NCBI RefSeq assembly: GCF_964355755.1
Contig: NC_092670.1
Span: 26,336,795-26,400,794 of the forward strand
Source of the DNA: Antedon mediterranea
Taxonomy: Eukaryota > Animalia > Echinodermata
Direction: 5' to 3'
Length of the DNA: 64,000 nucleotides
Shown here one piece after another: positions 54,401 to 64,000 of this stretch. Both the position numbers and the translations under genes were made by a program. The stretch's first letter is position 1; the number at the start of each line of letters is the position of its first letter. Under the pieces are notes generated by a model. That model saw only the letters and a list, made by a program, of their open reading frames with translations. It was not told the DNA's origin and searched no databases.

Positions 54401-57400
54401 TGGACACAGAGATGGCCAGTGTGCACTCCACATGACTTTCTAAAATGCCGTAACTCTTTATATATATGGCTCTGGGGGAAGTAGGCATATAGTGCCACCA
54501 GCTACTGAATGACCGGGTATATCTGCGTAGATATTTTCAAAATTTTCTTTGATTGTTTTTACTATGTATGTTGATATGGAGTTATGTCTCCAAGTGTATC
54601 GACCTAGTTTCGAGTGAAACAGGACATGAATTCATTAGGCTTTCCCTATTTTTACACATTCTGCAAATATCATATAGCATATATGATAGATTTCCAAGTC
54701 AAATCACAGTTATTTCAATTAATTAATTTTAATAAATTGCCTTGTTGAACAAGTGGTTGCACATACGCATCCCAATAATCGGACCTATCATCCATTACAT
54801 TTTCTTTGATAATATTTTTTAAAAATCCAATCAAATGACGTCATGATCAATAAAAACAATAAAATCGTCGTATTGTCATGATATTATCGCTCTTACTAAT
54901 CATGACGTCATTTATTTGGACGTGTGAAAATATTATTTATTTTATTCTATAGTTATAGGATAAAAACTTTTAGATTTCTTTTGTTTTTTGTATGAAAAAT
55001 ATATATTTATCTATTTAATGTCGATCGTTATCATCCTAGTGATGGGCCTTTACACTACAAGTGAAACAATAAATTAAATTGTTTTTATATTATAAGTTTG
55101 ACCTATTTTTTCACAAACTTTTAATGTAATTTGTGAACCATTTGATTGGTCAGTTTTTACGATCGTATTGTTGAAACAATTTTTTACGTTGATTTTTACC
55201 CTTTTCCTGTAAAAACGCAACTCAACATCAACTGGAATTTAATAATTAAATAAGATAAATAATAATAATAACAAAGAACCTGTTTCTGCTACATCCTAAA
55301 CATATTTTTTGGGTTGTTCTGTTAAAATTCTACCCAAACAGCCTTTCATGAATAGGAAAGTCTGATTGATTGTATTATTTAATCTTGATTTTGGTATAAA
55401 ATTTTGTAATTTTTATTTCATTTTGTCGATAATTAAAAGTCTCTCTTCCGTCTGTACAATTTTTGCATGCTTTTTAATTTTGTATTGAGTCGATTTGGTG
55501 ACAAGTCAAAACCTTCGTTCCTCTTAATTTTGTCGAAATATTTTTTGTAAACAGTTTTTTCCTTTTAATTTTTCTGAATTTTTCCGACAGATTAATTATG
55601 TTTGTGATGTTGACTAACTAGACTATATACAAAGAGTGTGTAAAAAGTGGATAATGAAAGAAGATCAAACCCTTAGGTCAAAAAACATACAGCATTTGTA
55701 TTGGTAGTAGAAAGGGTACACAAACGATATTCATTTCTAAATACCATATTTTATCCACAAACTTGGTGGTGAAAATATGGTATATTTTTATGAGCACCAT
55801 TTCTTCAAAAAATATAACGTATATATAAATTATTTATTTGGAAGCAGAAACAATGCCTAAGTTATGCCAAATATCTACCAAAACCATATATTCGCCAATA
55901 TAGCGAAGACAACAACATTTTTTCACCATTTGGTTTCACAATTGCAGTTTGGCTCACAAATTACAGTTTAGGGTCGGTCGGACGTGGTTAACACAATATT
56001 TTTATTTTGCATTAATAAAAAATCCATACATGATAAAAAATTAAATTTCTCCTAATAACTATAATAATAACTATAGTTTGGTAACATTTTTAATGTATTT
56101 TATACCCTTAAATCTTTATATTATCATTAGAGTAATAGCTATTTAATGCATATTTAGCTGCTAGGTACATAGCTAATATATACTGCTAGTATTATTGTCA
56201 AAGTACTAATAATGTCATTGTATTACTAGGCCTCAAAGCTAGGCCTACATCTAACTTTTGGCAAAACATTTTCACAGCTAACATGTGCTATGAAAAGGAA
56301 ACATGAAAATTGTTTTAAAAAATGGTCTTTGTATTAATTTCTGTATTTTGGTGTAACACAGTATTAATTAGAGTTTTCATATGTGATACCTTATTTGCTT
56401 GTGATCAAAGTATGGCATGGTTACAGCATAAATGGTACATTTTCTGATTTTAACCATTTTTTTAACAAGCTGACATGGAGCAATAATATATGTACTAATT
56501 AGTTGCTTGGAGATTTTTTCAGTGTTTCAGGGCAGGTAGGTTACGGATTTGGGACTGGGTTAAAAAAAGTGTATGTTCACTCACCTTTACATTGATTAGT
56601 ATTCTTATCCAGTATTGCCTTTGTGGAATTAATTTTTCCATATCTAAAAAAAACAACAAAATACACAAAATTTACCCGTCACTGCACTGGATAGTTATAA
56701 AGAAAACTACATTAACTAGCAGATAAGACAAATCTAGATTACTTTCCAATGTTACGTTTTTGCTATAGTAGTTCCAAGATCAAACAATAATTTTGCGTCG
56801 CACCTAATTTACCTGCAAAGCAATGGTTGTATGATCTTATTTTTTACTTGCAATGTGAAAACCGGGCATATCGAGGATCTTGGTAGTTAAACTTAACTTA
56901 TTATACTAAAGTATTTTTACACACTGAAATTGTTATTATAACCAGATAAATGTTACCAGCATTTAAATGAATTGTTAAAAACCAATCAGAAAAACCGTAT
57001 TTATCTTAATACGAAGGAGACCTTTTTCATTTTAATTTAATTAATTTTTTTAAATTTGTTTTATCTTTATACTGGGTGACCTCTTCAGTCAAAGACTGAT
57101 CTCCCAGAGGGCCCAGTTGGTGATCAGTGGCAGTGATGTACTAATACACCGGGGTAACCCCCTACTCGTCTCGAAAGATGTACTAGGTTCTTTAAAGTGC
57201 ACACGAGCAAGTTGTGTACACTGGACCTACGGTTTATAGTCCTTATCCGAGAAGACTCGTTCTACCACCAGAACCATGGAGTGAGTGAGCCTCGAACCCC
57301 TGCCGATGTTATGGCTACGTGATTACGGTTCCACTGTCTTAACCGCTCGGCCACTCACTCACGCTCGGCCACTCACTCACTTAAATTGTACATTTAAAAA

Positions 57401-59828
57401 CAATTTATGTACTTAATTGGAAAATTATGACAAAAAACAAAAGAAAATCTAATAGATATTTGTAAAACTGTATTCAGAATAAAACAAGAAATATTTCTTA
57501 CAAAAAACGTCGCTCGAAATTTTAACATTAATCATTGTTCTTTTGATTAATTTATGATTAATTATTAAACTCTCTTTTCCCAGACGTTTTTTGGGTCCAG
57601 CAGCTGGGACCTATAAATTATAGTCGAGTTTACAAATTCGCAAGACTGTAAGCCTTATACTCCGCTATGAAACAGCTTATTAATGATAAGGGACATAGCA
57701 GGCTAGAGCCATGGCGCGAAAAGCTAACCTACAATACCAAACAGTGAAGTTTTTGAGAAAATTTAATGTTGACCTTTTGACCTTCATTGGTCACATGGTT
57801 TATTTTATATATACATTTTTTGATATGGATGTAATGGGATAAAATTATTATTATTACATTCCCTTTCCGATGAGACCATGGATGACAAAGTTTAGTGTGG
57901 AATGTCGGCCATTTTTAAATTTAAAAATGGTGGCTGAAGGGGTGGTCGTACAAAAATGGCACCCTAACTTTTTTGGAAATCAACAACTCAAGAATAACAA
58001 AGTTAGCAAATAAAATCTATTTTGGCACAAATATCGAGCTTGAACTTGCAAAAAATCAGGCCTAGAGGCTTAATTTTAAAAAGTGGATCGTTTTCTTTTT
58101 TTTGGGGGTTGTTTTATGTTTTGAAGTATAAGTCCAATTTCTGGGACCTCTATTTTTCAAAATGTTCTTAGCTCCACCCCAAGTCACTCATTCAATATAT
58201 ACAAGGCAAAGACTGGATACCAATTACCTAGCTGGGCAAAGTTTGACGCCTTGTTCTTGCATTGGGCATTCACATTCATTACAAGACAATATTACAAGTA
58301 AAAGATTAGAAATTTTATATCCCACCTTTAATGTTGAAAACTCCCTCCTTACAAATTAAGTAAACAAGGGGAAATTTTTTTTTACTAGCAAGTTAGGGTT
58401 ATTTTCAACAGACTAATCACAGTCAATTTTTTTCTCCATGTCTGTGGTTAACACTACGGGCAGTCATTAAGGCAGCATGCAACCAATATGCAACAAGGAA
58501 ACACAGAAACATGAAACTTTTCTGTGGCGCAAAAATTTGATTGATTAGTCATCAACTCCGAGTATTGTTCAACTTGTATGACATCTCTACATAACCGATC
58601 TAAAATATATTGCACTTGATTTAGATTAATTTCCTCATTTTCGAGTTGTTTCAAGTTGCAAGGCGCTAAATTCTGTTTCCAAAGTTAGTTACAATTCTCG
58701 CTTCCATGATTATTTTTTTAACCCGGCCCCCAGAGTGATTTCAGTCATGTCGTTTTAAAATACTATGCTGCCCTCAACGTTTAAATTTAGTTAGACTGTA
58801 CGCAAATTTGTCTTTACGTCAATTTTTGTCCTTTCGGCAATTTAACCATACAGCAATTTGTTCTTTCATCAATTTGTTCATACGGCAATGTGTGTGTCCG
58901 TATGGTGATTAGTGTGTTATAATAATTAAAAGGCAGAAATATGACCAATAATACTAATATAGTAGTTTTGGTCTGAAGAGGAAGCAATTACATGCAGCTG
59001 TAACACAAGCCTAGGCCCTATATAGCAGTCTCATAATTTGCATCGATCAGGTCCTGTAAATAGATTCTCTAATATAGTGTAGGCAATACATTACCACAGG
59101 ACAATTAGCATGGAGTGGTGTCTATATGTAGGTGAACAAAAAAATAGTTTATGCAGGGTAAATAATTGACACAACAGCAGCAGCAACCAATGGCATTGTC
59201 GCCACTGCCGCCATTTTGATTTTTTACTAAAAATGTATTACGGAAATCTTTTTGGGTCTTTCACTGTAACCTTTTCACAACCGTAAAATTACAGCAATAT
59301 TATCTTCTATCTAGCCTGGCCTGCTTACTGCGATATAGCCTCAATGAAATACTCATTAGTTACCCACAACACAGTTTGTGAAGTTTGTGCAACTGAGTTC
59401 AGGTCATGTTTCTCAGCGCTGACCAGTGGGTTGAGTTGAGGAGGTGCTTTCAGGATATAGCTGATGATCAAGACCAGAATCAATTTGGGGCATTGCAACG
59501 GTTTTTAAGCTTTGCTCTTTTTTGTATGTAACCAAGGCAAGGGAAAATATGTATTTTTCTACAAATATATTAATTCTACAATGAAGAAATGAAGTTAAAC
59601 GTCTTACTGTAACTGCTGAACCATTGAAAGATTGATTCTTGCTTTTACTTACATATAGCACATTGTGTGAAGATCTTGGTCAGTTGTGTTAGGTAATAAG
59701 CCCCTTATATAAAGATTGGTTTTACTAAGTTGATCTCCATGCAGTGAGTGTGGTGAGTTCTGTGACCCTGATCCGGTACTGATGGTACTGGGACTTGGAG
59801 GGGGCATGCTTCTTAGTTGAGGGTTAAA
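33377..59828 (-). CDS. RBMS: RBMS/MSSP (alan shepard, SUP-26 family) two-RRM RNA-binding protein, 5'-partial; join(59653..59828,56585..56643,50904..50995,46387..46544,45745..45948,44432..44558,35209..35307,33589..33651,33377..33439)
   Basis: Consistent GT-AG phases. Protein: MPPPSPST...[12 protein letters not shown]...[26 protein letters not shown]...[19 protein letters not shown]...[11 protein letters not shown]...[16 protein letters not shown]...[11 protein letters not shown], matching the recalled RBMS1/2/3 signature. The upstream exon was not identified in the window. Confidence 0.93.
33589..33651 (-). CDS. RBMS: RBMS exon ([21 protein letters not shown])
   Basis: 63 nt, phase 0-0; acceptor tttgtag, donor GAG|gtaagg. 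Confidence 0.8.
35209..35307 (-). CDS. RBMS: RBMS exon ([33 protein letters not shown])
   Basis: 99 nt, phase 0-0; acceptor tacatag, donor gtaagt; resembles the RBMS C-terminal segment. Confidence 0.8.
36384..36434 (+). pseudogene. Truncated tRNA-Val(AAC) copy
   Basis: gtagtggaatatcacgtctgcttaacacgcagaaggtccccggttcgagc; no acceptor stem; downstream flank shared with the 36852 copy. Confidence 0.75.
36533..36772 (-). mobile_element. tRNA-headed poly(A) SINE, family B
   Basis: A box TAGCTTGGTGG, B box GGTTCAATCC, AATAAA plus ~28-nt poly(A); second copy at 41060-41325. Confidence 0.78.
36852..36924 (+). tRNA. tRNA-Val(AAC), possibly a pseudogene
   Basis: GGTTTCG/CGAAACC acceptor stem; TCTGC-TTAACAC-GCAGA anticodon arm. 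Defects: one D-stem mismatch, one T-stem mismatch, T discriminator, no T4 terminator. Confidence 0.75.
36990..37513 (+). mobile_element. Helentron-type element (deleted sister copy at ~36013-36308)
   Basis: Subterminal IR tactcggggtac (36993-37004) / gtaccccgagta (37482-37493), then hairpin gcac-attc-gtgc; T-rich flanks. Confidence 0.72.
37918..38392. repeat. Left arm of a long inverted duplication (partner 40528-40975)
   Basis: Reverse-complement identity along the whole length, with small indels. Confidence 0.9.
40528..40975. repeat. Right arm of the inverted duplication (partner 37918-38392)
   Basis: tcaatacaagaactatttagctgactgg...ctatatataaattta. Confidence 0.9.
40977..41846. mobile_element. 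Kolobok-like element, second family
   Basis: 16-bp TIR AGATGTATTGTCCCTT / AAGGGACAATACATCT with TTAA on both sides. Confidence 0.85.
41060..41325 (-). mobile_element. SINE family B, second copy, nested in a Kolobok-like element
   Basis: Same head and tail as 36533-36772; possible short TSD aagtt. Confidence 0.76.
43770..44035. repeat. Unclassified dispersed repeat (also ~49305-49590 and 57570-57722)
   Basis: Shared text cagctgggacctataaattatagtc...ccgctatgaaacagcttattaatga. Confidence 0.7.
44432..44558 (-). CDS. RBMS: RBMS exon ([14 protein letters not shown]...MVQQPVHQ)
   Basis: Acceptor ttccatag, donor CAG|gtaatg; P/Y/Q-rich C-terminal region in a compatible phase. Confidence 0.85.
44691..44965. 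mobile_element. MITE (Harbinger-like termini)
   Basis: TIR gcctggtttccagttgac / gtcgactggaaaccaggc flanked by TTAA. Confidence 0.7.
45745..45948 (-). CDS. RBMS: RBMS exon (MESKEKCEE...[10 protein letters not shown]...YAPNG)
   Basis: Acceptor tttatag, donor gtatgt; end of RRM2. Confidence 0.92.
46387..46544 (-). CDS. RBMS: RBMS exon ([15 protein letters not shown]...SRGIGFAR)
   Basis: RRM2 RNP2 and RNP1; acceptor tttgacag, donor gtaaga. Confidence 0.94.
47562..48879 (-). mobile_element. Second copy of the same Helentron-type element (single unit), interrupted by a MITE
   Basis: Same termini and same body as 3292-6727. Confidence 0.82.
47978..48632. mobile_element. PIF/Harbinger-like MITE
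   Basis: 19-bp TIR gaccccatttacacttacg / cgtaagtgtaaatggggtc; TAA duplicated at 47975-77 and 48633-35; the empty site gttactttaagactgctc is present in the paralog at ~3701-3718. Confidence 0.88.
50904..50995 (-). CDS. RBMS: RBMS exon ([31 protein letters not shown])
   Basis: RNP1 of RRM1; acceptor atgtag, donor gtaaga. Confidence 0.94.
53770..54670 (-). mobile_element. HERO/R2-group LINE C-terminal relic (zinc knuckle plus restriction-like endonuclease)
   Basis: CRMCKNRE...NSCPVSL / [10 protein letters not shown]...IYADIPGH...GGTI [MITE] ...[34 protein letters not shown]. Confidence 0.78.
53913..54474. mobile_element. Foldback MITE with ~230-bp imperfect TIRs
   Basis: cagagccatatataaagagtta / taactctttatatatatggctctg; inner arms aagttactgcgaacatgattttaaaca / tgtttaaaatcatgttcgcagtaactt. 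Confidence 0.82.
56585..56643 (-). CDS. RBMS: RBMS exon ([19 protein letters not shown])
   Basis: Acceptor tttttag, donor gtgagt. Confidence 0.93.
57066..57380 (-). mobile_element. Deu/Nin-like SINE, second copy (short head duplication)
   Basis: About 3 visible substitutions versus 6146-6446. Degraded piece at ~34545-34690 and tail-only piece at ~1338-1385. Confidence 0.82.
59653..59828 (-). CDS. RBMS: RBMS exon ([15 protein letters not shown]...KTNLYIRGL...MCY)
   Basis: Acceptor ttttacag, donor gtaagt; RNP2 of RRM1. Confidence 0.92.
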
Positions 59829-60402
59829 CTGTAAAACAAAATATAAAATAATCCACATCTTAGTAAAAATCTAGCAAGAGTTGTTCATTGAAAAAAAAAC
59901 AGAATTCAAAGGAAATACAAGTACATAAGCAAAGTATATTTGTTCACAATTTAATTAATTAAAAAGAAGCCCATAAATTGAACTACAGTACTTTAGTTTA
60001 TCTGTATAGTTTTAGCTCATACAATTTGACATGGTACAATAATATCATTAATATGGATATATTGTGAGGTGCGGATTTAGACCTTAGCATGTGCAAAAGT
60101 CAGCTAAGTAAATTTTGTTTAAAGTAAAAAATAATAAAACATGATTTCAAACACAATGCCAACCAAGTCTTTATTCTTATTTTGCGACATATATAAGATT
60201 ACAGTTACTGTATGTCATGAGTTGATACAGACACGTTATGTTATTTATAGACACGCACGCTGATCGAGAACAGTCGAAAGTGTAGGTGGCATGCAGCAGT
60301 TAGCAACAACTCTTGCTGGTTAGAAATTGGCTGGTGTGTATGCTTAAAGAATTGCTCGAGCAAAAAATCCTGTTCCCTGCCGGTCCTCGCAAACATAGGA
60401 GC

Positions 60403-60728
60403 ACAAGCACTTGCAACAATCCGCTGGTGGTTTGCAAAGATAGTTAACAAGCACTTGCATTAATATGCCGGGGGTATCAAACAAGCTCTGACACTAGTTC
60501 GCTAATGCTTCACAAATATAGGTAACAAGCACTGTCACTAATCCAACGGTGCTCACAAAGATAGCTAACAAGCTCTGGCACTAATCCACCGGTTCTCGCA
60601 AAGATAGGTAACAAGCTCTGGCACTAATCCACCGGTTCTCGCAAAGAAAGGTAACAAGCTCTGGCACTAATCCACCGGTTCTCGCAAAGATAGGTAACAA
60701 GCTCTGGCACTAATCCACCGGTGCTCGC
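60403..60728. repeat. 43-bp minisatellite, about 8 copies
   Basis: Unit acaagctctggcactaatccaccggttctcgcaaagataggta; the last four units are near-identical. Confidence 0.9.
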
Positions 60729-61903
60729 TGGAAATCGTGTAAGGACTCTGACTAACAAGTTTTATAAAAAAAATAAAGCTCATACAACCTAATGAAACAA
60801 GCAAGCACTACACTGCCGTACTTTGAGAAAAGGGCTTACTACAAAAAGCTACCTTTGAGTAATTGACCAAAACATGTTTTTGTTCTTTATTACAAAAGTT
60901 CAGATAGATATTTATTTTCAAATGAATATATTTCAAAAGTACATTATTAAAACATTTCTGACATAATTTTCCATTATTATTTTTTTATTTTTGGGGGTCA
61001 AATTGCAGATAAAGCCTTTTCTTAAATTATTTGTTCTTAAAAATGACGGGAAATACTTTAAAAACAGGGCACTTTTGCAGTTATTTTGTTTGCTTTTTTC
61101 TGAAAATTTACCAAAACATTTAGTAACTTTAGTTAAAATAAATTATAACTGTAATTTAAATCAGGTAATTTGTAAAAAATTTTCAAAATATATGAAAAAG
61201 GCTTTTCTCCTAAGAGCAATAATCTGCCTCATTATATATTCATCATACTGTTATAAGATTGGTCAATTACTGTAGTTGAGGCCTTTTGTCAAATTATTTC
61301 TATAGGTGTTTGTATATAAGCCCCAAAAAATAATAATTATTATCATATTTATAGACATATTTTGGGATAACTGGTCAATTCAAGTGATATAGAGTATACC
61401 CCCAAGAGTCAAATAAGGATAAAAATCTCAATTTCGAAAAAAATGTAGTTAAGCCCTTTCCTCAAAATATGGCAGTACAGTACTCATAGACTCTAAAAAA
61501 CAAGCAAATATTTGCACAATTTTAAGAAAGAAATTTTGGAATGATCTTTGAAATGGTAATGAATATAGTCAAGGAAACAAATTAAATAGCGCCTTTGGGC
61601 TTCTGTACTATTCTTTAGCTTTTCTTTTTCAACCAGGGCTTTCAATTTCAGTGATACAGCTGGTGTTTTCTATTATCTGCATATCAAGCAGAAGGTTCCG
61701 GGTTCGAGTCTTGGTTGGGGGACTTTTTCTCATTTTCACGGATTTCCTCATCTTTATCGTTTCAAATTAATTAATTAATTAAATTTCAGTATATCACCGG
61801 GTGGTTTAGAATTTATTCTGTGCCTGTGATGTATACAGTATATATAACTTTAAAAACATTCAACCAGGTCATTTCTTGTCTTAAATGTGTGTTCTAAGGT
61901 TAA

Positions 61904-62874
61904 AGTTCCATTCCCTACATCTTTTAGATCTAATTTAAGGTCACAAACTACATTTAATAAAGAAAAAAATACTATATGGACCATATTGTGATAACTTTTT
62001 TCTTTTAAACGGTTAAAAATGTGAAAAATAAGTCGATTCTAATAATATAAGCGCACCTGCTATAAATTGCTATTTGAATTTTTCTTCTGTGATTTACCAA
62101 CTTTTTCGATCGATTTCGAAAGCAAAACAAATGGAAGAACCATAACTTTTCAAAGGAAATACTGGGTCTTCTGCAATCTAACAACGCCAGACTAGGCCTA
62201 TACTGTAGCTAGGTAGGCCTAGAAGGAGGATGAAGTTGCAATCATATTTACTTCTTTCTAATTAGGATTACACCACCAGAAAACATACATTGTTACCACC
62301 ACAAATCAAGACATTCAACTGAACAACGGGAGACTGCAAGAATATTCAACTGTTTTCCAGTCAGAAATGATGTACTTTGGAAGCTTTTATAAAACATGAC
62401 AATTTTTTGGACAAATAACTGACATAATGATATTAATCAATAAAACTAGATTTATTTTGTCACTATGATAAGTTATAGGTCAAGTGCATTGACTAATTGA
62501 CTTAAATAAAGATAATTAATTTTTATATTTATAATATATAATGCAAATACAATGTATTCTGCTAAAAAAAGAAAGACAATTATTACAACAACTAGACAAA
62601 ACCAGGATAGGCCTATAGCTAGCTTACAATGTCTGTATGTTACTGATGTTTACACGCTACTGTACTGTAGGTCTACAAAGCTAAGCCTAGATAGGCTAGG
62701 CATAAAGACCGTCCATGAGATGACATTCAACGCAAACTTTACATTATTTTTCTCTTTTTATCGTAATTAACCATAAAATGTACAGACATGACAAGACATG
62801 TCCTGGTTTAATGTTTTTAAAGTAATATATATGCATTATATTAACAAACGTCGACAATTGCAGGCAATGTGGCT
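61904..62874. mobile_element. Kolobok-like element (family of 20280-20905), opposite orientation, with internal insertion
   Basis: ttaa|agttccattccct...aggcaatgtggct|ttaa. Further fragments at ~34396-34520, 50620-50800 and 63707-63800. Confidence 0.75.
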
Positions 62875-64000
62875 TTAAATTTGTCTATAAGTTCATTTAA
62901 AAGTAAACTTTCTTTTACAATGTCAAAAATGGCTGCAATTGATCAACTTCTTTTAGATGTTGCAATCAACTTCTTTTAGATGTTGTAATTGTAGATTGAA
63001 TTATTTATGATTTTATTCAAAATAATACAATTTAACATTTTACTCAATACATTTATAGCAGCAGCATTAATTGATAATAATTAATTTGCATTAATTGAAT
63101 CTTACAGTTATTAGAATGTATCAGTACCTTTCATCGGGGATGGTGGAAGCTGCCTTAACTGTGTCTACAGCCCTGGACTTTTTGGGCAACCTCCTTAAAA
63201 TAGTGCTGCAAATGTTTAGTACCTGTTTGGTCTTTCCTTTCAAATTGTTTGTTTTGTTATTGGCAAAAATTTATATAAAAATAAAAAAATAACTCTTTGA
63301 TTTTTCCACTTGACCCTATGCTACTGTATTTATTATACTATTACTACAAAATATCAAAACGTTCTGTGTATTTAAGGTAGATAACCTGACAGTACACTTT
63401 CTAATCAAATTTGAACAAGTGCAGTGTCAATAGTTTTGTTACCTTTTTCAACATAATATTCTAATAAACTTCCCAATAAATTGATATTAAGAATGTACTA
63501 GAAAGCCTGTCAAGAAACTCCTTCCTTGTCTAATGTAATAAAATTTAAAAATTCTGGAAACATGTAGCTAAATTGCAATTGATAGCCTATGATTGACTCC
63601 ATAAAAACTTTCAAATTATAGGTCATCATAATAATCGGACAATTGGTTGATTTTATCTTTTTTCTATTGACTTTTTTAAGCAGGATTTGCTATTGTTTTC
63701 ATTTTAAAGACACTAGACCTACATTTTTTTACCTAATTTCAGGTCACACACTACATTTTATGTAAAAATAAATACTATATGGACCTATTGTGATATTTTT
63801 TTTTTATTTATTCAATTTCTGCCATGCATACAATACAAAGGAAAAGACAAACCGAAATATAAAAGGCAAGGAAAGACCAAACCCCTATACTAATTGGTCA
63901 ACCCAGAACAGTGCACAGAAATAAACAAAATAATTGCATTATAATAATTGAAGCATCTTCAAGAAAGCAACCAACTACAATTTTTTTTTCATTTTCAACA

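Noticed and set aside
58454-58710. 66-aa ORF with helical-looking composition
   Set aside because: No recognisable domain, and the upstream ATG frame is broken; probably a decayed TE gene.
60403-60728. CRISPR-like periodicity
   Set aside because: Head-to-tail units with no unique spacers, no cas genes, and a eukaryotic context.
63128-63205. Possible upstream RBMS exon
   Set aside because: A stop lies in the frame needed to join 59828, and there is no RBMS similarity. It could only be UTR, which cannot be supported from sequence.

Overview
AT-rich eukaryotic (metazoan, probably marine invertebrate deuterostome; taxon is inference) genomic DNA, not prokaryotic. Two spliced protein-coding genes lie on the minus strand. 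One is a complete 7-coding-exon STK16/MPSK1 (NAK family) kinase (CDS 13668->1133, 303 aa by my exon join). The other is a 5'-incomplete RBMS/MSSP/shep-family two-RRM RNA-binding protein gene (9 coding exons, 59828->33377). The rest is a dense, nested transposon landscape: RTE-like, L1/Tx1, CR1/Rex1 and HERO-like (RLE) LINE relics, a Gmr1-type Gypsy relic, Helitron and Helentron-type non-autonomous elements, Kolobok-like and Harbinger-like MITEs, a Deu/Nin-domain SINE, a structured tRNA-headed SINE and tRNA-Val(AAC) copies. The most unusual items are a repeat-borne, terminator-equipped tRNA-like gene (Arg-like body, ATC triplet), a SINE with a panhandle and a sequence-divergent but structure-conserved hairpin, a ~0.45 kb inverted duplication inside a LINE, and a natural Tyr-to-Phe change in the STK16 P+1 loop. 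Coordinates were counted by hand; family assignments rest on recalled motifs, with no database search.
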